From positions 164,610,001 to 164,674,000 of the forward strand of contig OZ024742.1 in NCBI GenBank assembly GCA_964016885.1: 64,000 nucleotides of DNA. The letters are read 5' to 3'. The stretch is from Eledone cirrhosa. Taxonomy: Eukaryota. Positions 26,401-40,400 of the stretch are shown one piece after another. The position numbers were made by a program, and so were the translations under genes. Under the pieces are notes generated by a model that was given only the letters and a program-made list of their open reading frames with translations, ran no database searches and was not told where the DNA came from. How positions within the stretch are numbered: position 1 is the stretch's first letter; each line of letters starts with the position of its first letter.

Positions 26401-29400
26401 ATTATCTTCCCTTGGACGGCTGGAAATTATCTCTGCTTGATTTTTTTTACAAATTATCTCCCCCTGATTTTTTTTTACAAATTATCCCCCCCGATTTTTT
26501 TTACAAATTATCTCCCCCTGATTTTTTTTACAAATTATCTCCCCTTGGACGGCTGGAAATTATCTCCCCTTGGACGGCTGGAAATTATCTCCCCTTGGAC
26601 GGCTAGAAATTACCTCTCCTTGGACGACTGAAAATTATCTCCCCTTGGACGGCTGCAAATTATCTCCCCTTGATTTTTTTTACAAATTATCTCCGCCTGA
26701 TTTTTTTTTTAAAATTATCTCCCCTTGGACGGCTGGAAATTACCTCCCCTTGGACGGCTGGAAATTATCTCCCCTTGGACGGCTAGAAATTACCTCTCAT
26801 TGGACGGCTGAAAATTATCTCCCCTTGGACGGCTGGAAATTATCTCCCCTTGATTTTTTTTTACAAATTATCTCCCCCTGATTTTTTTTTACAAATTATC
26901 TCCCCCTGATTTTTTTTTTACAAATTATCTCCGCCTGATTTTTTTTTAAAATTATCTCTCCTTGGACGGCTGGATATTATCTCCCCTTTCATTTTTTTTA
27001 CAAATTATCTCCCCCTGATTTTTTTTTACAAATTATCTCCCCCTGATTTTTTTTTACAAATTATCTACCCCTAATTTTTTTTTACAAATTATCTCCCCCT
27101 GATTTTTTTACAAATTATCTCCCCCTGATTTTTTTTACAAATTATCTCCGCCTGATTTTTTTAAATATTATCTTCTCTTGGCTGGCGGGAAATTATCTCC
27201 CCTTGGACGGCTGAAAATTATCTCCCCTTGGACGGCTGGAAATTATCTCCCCTTGATTTTTTTTACAAATTATCTCCCCCTGATTTTTTTTTACAAATTA
27301 TCTCCCCCTGATTTTTTTTACAAATTATCTCCCCCTGATTTTTTTTTACAAATTATCTCCCCCTGATTTTTTTTACAAATTATCTCCCCCTGATTTTTTT
27401 ACAAATTATCTCCCCTTGGCTGGCTGGAAATTATCTCCCCTTGGAGGCTGGAATTTATCTCCCCTTGGACGGCTAGAAATTACCTCTCCTTGGACGGCTG
27501 GAAAATATGTCCTTGGACGGCTGGATATTATCTACCCTTGGACGGCTGGAAATTATCTCCCCTTGGACGGCTGGAAATTATCTCCCCTTGGACGGCTAGA
27601 TATTACCTCCCCTTGGACGGCTGGAAATTATCTCCCCTTGATTTTTTTTACAAATTATCCCCCCCTGATTTTTTTTTACAAATTATCTCCCCCTGATTTT
27701 TTTTTACAAATTATCTACCCCTGATTTTTTTTTACAAATTATCTCCCCCTGATTTTTTTTACAAATTATCTCTCCCTGATTTTTTGTTACAAATTATCTC
27801 CCCCTGATTTTTTTTTACAAATTATCTACCCCTGATTTTTTTTTACAAATTATCTCCCCCTGATTTTTTTTACAAATTATCTCCCCCTGATTTTTTTTAC
27901 AAATTATCTCCCCCTGATTTTTTTACAAATTATCTCCCCCCGATTTTTTTTACAAATTATCTCCGCCTAATTTTTTTAAATATTTTCTTCCCTTGGCTGG
28001 CGGGAAATTATCTCCCCTTGGACGGCTGAAAATTATCTCCCCTTGGACGGCTGGAAATTATCTCCCCTTGATTTTTTTACAAATTATCTCCCCCTGATTA
28101 TTTTTTACAAATTATCTCCCCCTGATTTTTTTTTACAAATTATCTCCCTCTGATTTTTTTTACAAATTATCTCCCCTTGGCTGGCTGGAAATTATCTCCC
28201 CTTGGAGGCTGGAATTTATCTCCACTTGGACGGTTAGAAATTACCTCTCCTTGGACTGCTGGAAAATATGTCTCCTTGGACGGCTGGAAATTATCTCCCC
28301 TTGGACGGCTGGAAATTATCTCCCCTTGGACGGCTGGAAATTATCTCTCCTCGGACGACTAGAAATTACCTCTCCTTGGACAGCTGAAAATTATCTCCCC
28401 TTGGACGGCTGGAAATTATCTCCCCTTGATTTTTTTTACAAATTATCTCCCCGATTTTTTTTTACAAATTATCTCCCCCTGATTTTTTTTTACAAATTAT
28501 CTCCCCCTGATTTTTTTTACAAATTATCTCCCCCTGATATTTTTTACAAATTATCTCCCCCTGATTTTTTAACAAATTATCTCCCCTTGGCTGGCTGGAA
28601 ATTATCTCCCCTTGGAGGCTGGAATTTATCTCCCCTTGGACGGCTAGAAATTACCTCGCCTTGGACGGCTGGAAAATATGTCTCCTTGGACGGCTGGAAA
28701 TTATCTCCCCTTGGACGGCTGGAAATTATCTCCCCTTGGACGGCTGGAAATTATCTCCCTTTGGACGGCTAGATATTACCTCCCCTTGGACGGCTGGAAA
28801 TTATCTCCCCTTGATTTTTTTTACAAATTATCTCCCCCTGATTTTTTTTTACAAATTATCTCCCCCTGATTTTTTTTTACGAATTATCTCCCCCTGATTT
28901 TTTTTTACAAATTATCTCCGCCTGATTTTTTTTTTAAAATTATCTCCCCTTGAACGGCTGGAAATTATCTCCCCTTGGACGGCTGGAAATTATCTCCCCT
29001 TGGACGGCTAGAAATTACCTCTCCTTGGACGGCTGAAAATTATCTCCCCTTGGACGGCTGCAAATTATCTCCCCTTGATTTTTTAACAAATTATCTCCCC
29101 CTGATTTTTTTTTACAAATTATCTCCCCCTGATTTTTTTTTACAAATTATCTCCCCCTGATTTTTTTTTACAAATTATCTCCCCCTGATTTTTTTTACAA
29201 TCTCCGCCTGATTTTTTAAAAAATTATCTTCCCTTGGCTGGCGGGAAATTATCTCCCCTTGGACGGCTGGAAATTATCTCCCCTTGATTTTTTTACAAAT
29301 TATCTCCCCCTGATTTTTTTTACAAATTATCTCCCCCTGATTTTATGTTACAAATTATCTCCCCCTGATTTTTTTACAAATTATCTCCCCCTGATTTTTT

Positions 29401-32400
29401 TTACAAATTATCTCCGCCTGATTTTTTTAAATATTATCTTCCCTTGGCTGGCGGGAAATTATCTCCCCTTGGACGGCTGGAAATTATCTCCCCTTGATTT
29501 TTTTTACAAATTATCTCCCCCTGATTTTTTTTTACAAATTATCTCCCCCTGATTTTTTTTTACAAATTATCTCCCCCTGATTTTTTTTTACAAATTATCT
29601 CCCCCTGATTTTTTTTTACAAATCTCCCCCTGATTTTTTTATAAATTATCTCCCCTTGGCTGGCTGGAAATTATCTCCCCTTGGAGGCTGGAATTTATCT
29701 CCCCTTGGACGGCTAGAAATTACCTCTCCTTGGATGGCTGGAAAATATGTCTCCTTGGACGGCTGGATATTATCTACCCTTGGACGGCTGGAAATTATCT
29801 CCCCTTGGACGGCTGGAAATTATCTCCCCTTGGACGGCTAGATATTACCTCCCCTTGGACGGCTGGAAATTATCTCCCCTTGATTTTTTTTACAAATTAT
29901 CTCCCCCTGATTTTTTTTTACGAATTATCTCCCCCTGATTTTTTTTTACAAATTATCTCCGCCTGATTTTTTTTTAAAATTATCTCCCCTTGAACGGCTG
30001 GAAATTATCTCCCCTTGGACGGCTGGAAATTATCTCCCCTTGGACGGCTAGAAATTACCTCTCCTTGGACGGCTGAAAATTATCTCCCCTTGGACGGCTG
30101 CAAATTATCTCCCCTTGATTTTTTTAACAAATTATCTCCCCCTGATTTTTTTTTACAAATTATCTCCCCCTGATTTTTTTTTACAAATTATCTACGCCTA
30201 ATTTTTTTTACAAATTATCTCCCCCTGATTTTTTTTACAAATTATCTCCCCCTGATTTTTTTTACAAATTATCTCCCCCTGATTTTTTTTTACAAATTAT
30301 CTCCCCCTGATTTTTTTACAAATTATCTCCCCCCTGATTTTTTTTACAATCTCCGCCTGATTTTTTTAAAAATTATCTTCCCTTGGCTGGCAGGAAATTA
30401 TCTCCCCTTGGACGGCTGAAAATTATCTCCCCTTGGACGGCTGGAAATTATCTCCCCTTGATTTTTTTTACAAATTATCTCCCCCTGATTTTTTTTTACA
30501 AATTATCTCCCCCTGATTTTTTTTACAAATTATCTCCCCCTGATTTTTTTTTACAAATTATCTGCCCCTGATTTTTTTTACAAATTATCTCCCCCTGATT
30601 TTTTTACAAATTATCTCCCCTTGGCTGGCTGGAAATTATCTCCCCTTGGAGGCTGGAATTTATCTCCCCTTGGACGGCTAGAAATTACCTCTCCTTGGAC
30701 GGCTGGAAAATATTTCTCCTTGGACGGCTGGATATTATCTACCCTTGGACGGGTGGAAATTATCTCCCCTTGGACGGCTGGAAATTATCTCCCCTTGGAC
30801 GGCTAGATATTACCTCCCCTTGGACGGCTGGAAATTATCTACCCTTGATTTTTTTTACAAATTATCTCCCCCTGATTTTTTTTACAAATTATCTCCACCT
30901 GATTTTTTTACAAATTATCTCCCCCTGATTTTTTTTACAAATTATCTCCCCCTGATTTTTTTTTTACAAATTATCTCCCCCTGATTTTTTTACAAATTAT
31001 CTCCCCCTGATTTTTTTTACAAATTATCTCCGCCTGATTTTTTTAAATATTATCTTCCCTTGGCTGGCGGGAAATTATCTCCCCTTGGACGGCTGAAAAT
31101 TATCTCCCCTTGGACGGCTGGAAATTATCTCCCCTTGATTTTTTTTACAAATTATCTCCCCCTGATTATTTTTTACAAATTATCTTTCCCTGATTTTTTT
31201 TTACAAATTATCTCCCCCTGATTTTTTATACAAATTATCTCCCCCTGATTTTTTTACAAATTATCTCCCCTTGGCTGGCTGGAAATTATCTCCCCTTGGA
31301 GGCTGGAATTTATCTCCCCTTGGACGGCTGGAAATTATCTCTCCTTGGACGGCTAGTAATTACCTCTCCTTGGACGGCTGGAAAATATGTCTCGTTGGAG
31401 GGCTGGAAATTATCTCCCCTTGGACGGCTGGAAATTATCTCCCCTTGGACGGCTGGAAATTATCTCTCCTTGGACGGCTAGAAATTACCTCTCCTTGGAC
31501 GGCTGAAAATTATCTCCCCTTGGACGGCTAGATATTACCTCCCCTTGGACGGCTGGAAATTATCTCCCCTTGATTTTTTTTACAAATTATCTCCCCCTGA
31601 TTTTTTTTACAAATTATCTCCACCTGATTTTTTTACAAATTATCTCCCCCTGATTTTTTTTACAAATTATCTCCGCCTAATTTTTTTAAATATTATCTTC
31701 CCTTGGCTGGCGGGAAATTATCTCCCCTTGGACGGCTGAAAATTATCTCCCCTTGGACGGCTGGAAATTATCTCCCCTTGATTTTTTTTACAAATTATCT
31801 CCCCCTGATTTTTTTTTACAAATTATCTCCCCCTGATTTTTTTTTACAAATTATCTCCCCCTGATTTTTTTTTACAAATTATCTCCCCCTGATTTTTTTT
31901 ACAAATTATCTCCCCTTGGCTGGCTGGAAATTATCTCCCCTTGGAGGCTGGAATTTATCTCCCCTTGGACGGCTAGAAATTACCTCTCCTTGGACGGCTG
32001 GAAAATATGTCCTTGGACGGCTGGATATTATCTACCCTTGGACGGCTGGAAATTATCTCCCCTTGGACGGCTGGAAATTATCTCCCCTTGGAGGCTGGAA
32101 TTTATCTCCCCTTGGACGGCTAGAAATTACCTCTCCTTGGACGGCTGGAAAATATGTCCTTGGACGGCTGGATATTACCTCCCCTTGGACGGCTGGAAAT
32201 TATCTCCCCTTGATTTTTTTTACAAATAATCTCCCCCTGATTTTTTTTACAAATCTAATGATTTTTTAAAAAAAATTATCTCCCCTTCGCTGGCTGGAAA
32301 TTATCTCCCCTTCGCTGGCTGGAAATTATCTCCCCTTGGACGCTGGAAATTATAGCCCCTTGGAGGGCTGGAAATTATCTTCCCTTGGACGGCTGGAAAT

Positions 32401-33090
32401 TATCTCCCCTTGGCTCGAAATTATCTCCCCTTGGACGGCTAGAAATTATCTCTCTTTGGACGGCTGGAAATTATCTCCCTTTGATTTTTTTTACAAATTA
32501 TCTCCCCCTGATTTTTTTTACAAATCTCCCCCTGATTTTTTAAAAAAAATTATCTCCCCTTCGCTGTCTGGAAATTATCTCCCCTTGGACACTGGAAATT
32601 ATAGCCCCTTGGAGGGCTGGAAATTATCTTCCCTTGGACGGCTGGAAATTATCTCTGCTTGATTTTTTTTACAAATTATCTCCCCCTGATTTTTTTTTAC
32701 AAATTATCCCCCCCGATTTTTTTTACAAATTATCTCCCCCTGATTTTTTTTACAAATTATCTCCCCTTGGACGGCTGGAAATTATCTCCCCTTGGACGGC
32801 TGGAAATTATCTCCCCTTGGACGGCTAGAAATTACCTCTCCTTGGACGACTGAAAATTATCTCCCCTTGGACGGCTGCAAATTATCTCCCCTTGATTTTT
32901 TTTACAAATTATCTCCGCCTGATTTTTTTTTTAAAATTATCTCCCCTTGGACGGCTGGAAATTACCTCCCCTTGGACGGCTGGAAATTATCTCCCCTTGG
33001 ACGGCTAGAAATTACCTCTCATTGGACGGCTGAAAATTATCTCCCCTTGGACGGCTGGAAATTATCTCCACTTGATTTTTTTTTACAAAT
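23410..33090 (+). repeat. 6222-bp higher-order tandem duplication (about 23410-26870 repeated at about 29630-33090; similarity resumes at offset 6547)
   Basis: Exact offset 6222 for 23434/29656, 24161/30383, 25049/31271, 25694/31916, 26570/32792; private variants GGCTAGTAATT, TCTCGTTGGAGGG, TTTATACA, CGCTGTCTGG present in both copies. Confidence 0.93.
26029..26439 (+). repeat. Rare divergent cassette type V (AAATCTAATGA, TTCGCTGGCTGG x2, GGACGCTGG, TATAGCCCC, 21-bp GGCTCG unit, GGACACTGG); copies at 32251-32661, 52047-52457, 61540-61950, partial at ~13320-13410
   Basis: These diagnostic motifs were seen only at these loci. Confidence 0.9.
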
Positions 33091-34489
33091 TATCTCCCCC
33101 TGATTTTTTTTTACAAATTATCTCCCCCTGATTTTTTTTACAAATTATCTCCCCCTGATTTTTTTTACAAATTATCTCCCCCTGATTTTTTTACAAATTA
33201 TCTCCCCCCTGATTTTTTTTACAATCTCCGCCTGATTTTTTTAAAAATTATCTTCCCTTGGCTGGCGGGAAATTATCTCCCCTTGGACGGCTGGAAATTA
33301 TATCCCCTTGGAAGGATGGAAATTATCTCCCCTTGGACGGCTGGAAATTATCTCCCCTTGGACGGCTGGAAATTACCTCCCCTTGGACAGCTGGAAATTA
33401 TCTGCCCTTGATTTTGTTTTTACAAATTATCTCCCCCTGATTTTTTTTACAAATTATCTCCACCTGATTTTTTAAAAAATTATCTCCCCTTGGACGGCTG
33501 GAAATTATCTCCCCTTGGACGGCTGGAAATTATCTCCCCTTGATTTTTTTTACAAATTATCTCCCCCTGATTTTTTTTTACAAATTATCTCCCCCTGATT
33601 TTTTTTACAAATTATCTCCCCCTGATTTTTTTTACAAATTATTTCCCCCTGATTTTTTTACAAATTATCTCCCCCCTGATTTTTTTTACAATCTCCGCCT
33701 AATTTTTTTAAAAATTATCTTCCCTTGGCTGGCGGGAAATTATCTCCCCTTGGACGGCTGAAAATTATCTCCCCTTGGACGGCTGGAAATTATCTCCCCT
33801 TGATTTTTTTTACAAATTATCTCCCCCTGATTTTTTTTTACAAATTATCTCCCCCTGATTTTTTTTACAAATTATCTCCCCCTGATTTTTTTTTACAAAT
33901 TATCTCCCCCTGATTTTTTTTACAAATTATCTCCCCCTGATTTTTTTACAAATTATCTCCCCTTGGCTGGCTGGAAATTATCTCCCCTTGGAGGCTGGAA
34001 TTTATCTCCCCTTGGACGGCTAGAAATTACCTCTCCTTGGACGGCTGGAAAATATGTCCTTGGACGGCTGGATATTATCTACCCTTGGACGGCTGGAAAT
34101 TATCTCCCCTTGGACGGCTGGAAATTATCTCCCCTTGGACGGCTAGATATTACCTCCCCTTGGACGGCTGGAAATTATCTCCCCTTGATTTTTTTTACAA
34201 ATTATCCCCCCCTGATTTTTTTTTACAAATTATCTCCCCCTGATTTTTTTTTACAAATTATCTACCCCTGATTTTTTTTTACAAATTATCTCCCCCTGAT
34301 TTTTTTTACAAATTATCTCTCCCTGATTTTTTTTTACAAATTATCTCCCCCTGATTTTTTTTTACAAATTATCTACCCCTGATTTTTTTTTACAAATTAT
34401 CTCCCCCTGATTTTTTTTACAAATTATCTCCCCCTGATTTTTTTTACAAATTATCTCCCCCTGATTTTTTTACAAATTATCTCCCCCCG

Positions 34490-37400
34490 ATTTTTTTTAC
34501 AAATTATCTCCGCCTAATTTTTTTAAATATTATCTTCCCTTGGCTGGCGGGAAATTATCTCCCCTTGGACGGCTGAAAATTATCTCCCCTTGGACGGCTG
34601 GAAATTATCTCCCCTTGATTTTTTTTACAAATTATCTCCCCCTGATTTTTTTTTACAAATTATCTCCCCCTGATTTTTTTTACAAATTATCTCCTGATTT
34701 TTTTACAAATTATCTCCCCTTGGCTGGCTGGAAATTATCTCCCCTTGGAGGCTGGAATTTATCTCCCCTTGGACGGCTAGAAATTACCTCTCCTTGGAAG
34801 GCTGGAAAATATGTCCTTGGACGGCTGGATATTATCTACCCTTGGACGGCTGGAAATTATCTCCCCTTGGACGGCTGGAAATTATCTCCCCTTGGACGGC
34901 TAGATATTACCTCCCCTTGGACGGCTGAAAATTATCTCCCCTTGGACGGCTGGAAATTATCTCCCCTTGATTTTTTTTACAAATTATCTCCCCCTGATTA
35001 TTTTTTACAAATTATCCCCTGATTTTTTTTTTACAAATTATCTCCCCCTGATTTTTTTTACAAATTATCTCCCCCTGATTTTTTTACAAATTATCTCCCC
35101 TTGGCTGGCTGGAAATTATCTCCCATTGGAGGCTGGAATTTATCTCCCCTTGGACGGTTAGAAATTACCTCCCCTTGGACGGCTGGAAAATATGTCTCCT
35201 TGGACGGCTGGAAATTATCGCCCCTTGGACGGCTGGAAATTATCTCCCCTTGGACGGCTGGAAATTATCTCTCATCGGACGGCTAGAAATTACCTCTCCT
35301 TGGACAGCTGAAAATTATCTCCCCTTGGACGGCTGGAAATTATCTCCCCTTGATTTTTTTTACAAATTATCTCCCCCTGATTTTTTTTTACAAATTATCT
35401 CCCCCTGATTTTTTTTTACAAATTATCTCCCCCTGATTTTTTTTTACAAATTATCTCCCCCTGATATTTTTTACAAATTATCTCCCCCTGATTTTTTTAC
35501 AAATTATCTCCCCTTGGCTGGCTGGAAATTATCTCCCCTTGGAGGCTGGAATTTATCTCCCCTTGGACGGCTAGAAATTACCTCGCCTTGGACGGCTGGA
35601 AAATATGTCTCCTTGGACGGCTGGAAATTATCTCCCCTTGGACGGCTGGAAATTATCTCCCCTTGGACAGCTGGAAATTATCTCCCCTTGGACGGCTAGA
35701 TATTACCTCCCCTTGGACGGCTGGAAATTATCTCCCCTTGATTTTTTTTACAAATTATCTCCCCCTGATTTTTTTTTACAAATTATCTCCCCCTGATTTT
35801 TTTTTACGAATTATCTCCCCCCGATTTTTTTTTACAAATTATCTCCGCCTGATTTTTTTTTAAAAATTATCTCCACTTGAACGGCTGGAAATTATCTCCC
35901 CTTGGACGGCTGGAAATTATCTCCCCTTGGACGGCTAGAAATTACCTCTCCTTGGACGGCTGAAAATTATCTCCCCTTGGACGGCTGCAAATTATCTCCC
36001 CTTGATTTTTTAACAAATTATCTCCCCCTGATTTTTTTTTACAAATTATCTCCCCCTGATTTTTTTTTACAAATTATCTCCCCCTGATTTTTTTTTACAA
36101 ATTATCTCCCCCTGATTTTTTTACAAATTATCTCCCCCTGATTTTTTTTACAATCTCCGCCTGATTTTTTAAAAAATTATCTTCCCTTGGCTGGCGGGAA
36201 ATTATCTCCCCTTGGACGGCTGGAAATTATCTCCCCTTGGACGGCTGGAAATTATCTCCCCTTGGACAGCTGGAAATTATCTGCCCTTGATTTTGTTTTT
36301 ACAAATTATCTCCCCCTGATTTTTTTTACAAATTATCTCCACCTGATTTTTTAAAAAATTATCTCCCCTTGGACGGCTGGAAATTATCTCCCCTTGATTT
36401 TTTTACAAATTATCTCCCCCTGATTTTTTTTACAAATTATCTCCCCCTGATTTTATGTTACAAATTATCTCCCCCTGATTTTTTTACAAATTATCTCCCC
36501 CTGATTTTTTTTACAAATTATCTCCGCCTGATTTTTTTAAATATTATCTTCCCTTGGCTGGCGGGAAATTATCTCCCCTTGGACGGCTGGAAATTATCTC
36601 CCCTTGATTTTTTTTACAAATTATCTCCCCCTGATTTTTTTTTACAAATTATCTCCCCCTGATTTTTTTTTACAAATTATCTCCCCCTGATTTTTTTTTA
36701 CAAATTATCTCCCCCTGATTTTTTTTTACAAATCTCCCCCTGATTTTTTTATAAATTATCTCCCCTTGGCTGGCTGGAAATTATCTCCCCTTGGAGGCTG
36801 GAATTTATCTCCCCTTGGACGGCTAGAAATTACCTCTCCTTGGATGGCTGGAAAATATGTCTCCTTGGACGGCTGGATATTATCTACCCTTGGACGGCTG
36901 GAAATTATCTCCCCTTGGACGGCTGGAAATTATCTCCCCTTGGACGGCTAGATATTACCTCCCATTGGACGGCTGGAAATTATCTCCCCTTGATTTTTTT
37001 TACAAATTATCTCCCCCTGATTTTTTTTTACGAATTATCTCCCCCTGATTTTTTTTTACAAATTATCTCCGCCTGATTTTTTTTTTAAAATTATCTCCCC
37101 TTGAACGGCTGGAAATTATCTCCCCTTGGACGGCTGGAAATTATCTCCCCTTGGACGGCTAGAAATTACCTCTCCTTGGACGGCTGGAAATTATCTCCCC
37201 TTGGACGGCTGCAAATTATCTCCCCTTGATTTTTTTAACAAATTATCTCCCCCTGATTTTTTTTTACAAATTATCTCCCCCTGATTTTTTTTACAAATTA
37301 TCTACGCCTAATTTTTTTTACAAATTATCTCCCCCTGATTTTTTTTTACAAATTATCTCCCCCTGATTTTTTTTACAAATTATCTCCCCTTGGCTGGCTG

Positions 37401-40400
37401 GAAATTATCTCCCCTTGGAGGCTGGAATTTATCTCCCCTTGGACGGTTAGAAATTACCTCTCCTTGGACTGCTGGAAAATATGTCTCCTTGGACGGCTGG
37501 AAATTATCTCCCCTTGGACGGCTGGAAATTATCTCCCCTTGGACGGCTGGAAATTATCTCTCCTCGGACGACTAGAAATTACCTCTCCTTGGACAGCTGA
37601 AAATTATCTCCCCTTGGACGGCTGGAAATTATCTCCCCTTGATTTTTTTTACAAATTATCTCCCCCTGATTTATTTTACAAATTATCTCCCCCTGATTTT
37701 TTTTTACAAATTATCTCCCCCTGATTTTTTTTACAAATTATCTCCCCCTGATATTTTTTACAAATTATCTCCCCCTGATTTTTTTACAAATTATCTCCCC
37801 TTGGCTGGCTGGAAATTATCTACCCTTGGAGGCTGGAATTTATCTCCCCTTGGACGGCTAGAAATTACCTCGCCTTGGACGGCTGGAAAATATGTCTCCT
37901 TGGACGGCTGGAAATTATCTCCCCTTGGACGGCTGGAAATTATCTCCCCTTGGACGGCTGGAAATTATCTCCTCTTGGACGGCTAGATATTACCTCCCCT
38001 TGGACGGCTGGAAATTATCTCCCCTTGATTTTTTTTACAAATTATCTCCCCCTGATTTTTTTTTACAAATTATCTCCCCCTGATTTTTTTTTACGAAGTA
38101 TCTCCCCCTGATTTTTTTTTACAAATTATCTCCGCCTGATTTTTTTTTAAAAATTATCTCCCCTTGAACGGCTGGAAATTATCTCCCCTTGGACGGCTGG
38201 AAATTATCTCCCCTTGGACGGCTAGAAATTACCTCTCCTTGGACGGCTGAAAATTATCTCCCATTGGACGGCTGCAAATTATCTCCCCTTGATTTTTTAA
38301 CAAATTATCTCCCCCTGATTTTTTTTTACAAATTATCTCCCCCTGATTTTTTTTTACAAATTATCTACGCCTAATTTTTTTTACAAATTATCTCCCCCTG
38401 ATTTTTTTTTACAAATTATCTCCCCCTGATTTTTTTTACAAATTATCTCCCCCTGATTTTTTTTTACAAATTATTTCCCCCTGATTTTTTTACAAATTAT
38501 CTGCCCCCTGATTTTTTTTACAATCTCCGCCTGATTTTTTTAAAAATTATCTTCCCTTGGCTGGCGGGAAATTATCTCCCCTTGGACGGCTGGAAATTAT
38601 ATCCCCTTGGAAGGATGGAAATTATCTCCCCTTGGACGGCTGGAAATTATCTCCCCTTGGACGGCTGGAAATTATCTCCCCTTGGACAGCTGGAAATTAT
38701 CTGTCCTTGATTTTGTTTTTACAAATTATCTCCCCCTGATTTTTTTTACAAATTATCTCCACCTGATTTTTTAAAAAATTATCTCCCCTTGGACGGCTGG
38801 AAATTATCTCCCCTTGATTTTTTTTACAAATTATCTCCCCCTGATTTTTTTTTACAAATTATCTCCCCCTGATTTTTTTTTACAAATTATCTCCCCCTGA
38901 TTTTTTTTTACAAATTATCTCACCCTGATTTTTTTTACAAATTATCTCTCCCTGATTTTTTTACAAATTATCTCCCCTTGGCTGGCTGGAAATTATCTCC
39001 CCTTGGAGGCTGGAATTTATCTCCCCTTGGACGGCTAGAAATTACCTCTCCTTGGACGGCTGGAAAATATGTCTCCTTGGACGGCTGGATATTATCTACC
39101 CGTGGACGGCTGGAAATTATCTCCCCTTGGACGGCTGGAAATTATCTCCTCTTGGACGGCTAGATATTACCTCCCCTTGGACGGCTGGAAATTATCTCCC
39201 CTTGATTTTTTTACAAATTATCTCCCCCTGATTTTTTTACAAATTATCTCCCCCTGATTTTTTTTACAAATTATCTCCGCCTAATTTTTTTAAATATTAT
39301 CTTCCCTTGGCTGGCGGGAAATTATCTCCCCTTGGACGGCTGAAAATTATCTCCCCTTGGACGGCTGGAAATTATCTCCCCTTGATTTTTTTTACAAATT
39401 ATCTCCCCCTGATTTTTTTTTACAAATTATCTCCCCCTGATTTTTTTTACAAATTATCTCCCCCTGATTTTTTTACAAATTATCTCCCCTTGGCTGGCTG
39501 GAAATTATCTCCCCTTGGAGGCTGGAATTTATCTCCCCTTGGACGGCTAGAAATTACCTCTCCTTGGAAGGCTGGAAAATATGTCCTTGGACGGCTGGAT
39601 ATTATCTACCCTTGGACGGCTGGAAATTATCTCCCCTTGGACGGCTGGAAATTATCTCCCCTTGGACGGCTAGATATTACCTCCCCTTGGACGGCTGAAA
39701 ATTATCTCCCCTTGGACGGCTGGAAATTATCTCCCCTTGATTTTTTTTACAAATTATCTCCCCCTGATTATTTTTTACAAATTATCCCCTGATTTTTTTT
39801 TTACAAATTATCTCCCCCTGATTTTTTTTACAAATTATCTCCCCCTGATTTTTTTACAAATTATCTCCCCTTGGCTGGCTGGAAATTATCTCCCATTGGA
39901 GGCTGGAATTTATCTCCCCTTGGACGGTTAGAAATTACCTCCCCTTGGACGGCTGGAAAATATGTCTCCTTGGACGGCTGGAAATTATCGCCCCTTGGAT
40001 GGCTGGAAATTATCTCCCCTTGGACGGCTGGAAATTATCTCTCATCGGACGGCTAGAAATTACCTCTCCTTGGACAGCTGAAAATTATCTCCCCTTGGAC
40101 GGCTGGAAATTATCTCCCCTTGATTTTTTTTACAAATTATCTCCCCCTGATTTTTTTTTACAAATTATCTCCTCCTGATTTTTTTTTTACAAATTATCTC
40201 CCCCTGATTTTTTTTTACAAATTATCTCCCCCTGATATTTTTTACAAATTATCTCCCCCTGATTTTTTTACAAATTATCTCCCCTTGGCTGGCTGGAAAT
40301 TATCTCCCCTTGGAGGCTTGAATTTATCTCCCCTTGGACGGCTAGAAATTACCTCGCCTTGGACGGCTGGAAAATATGTCTCCTTGGACGGCTGGAAATT

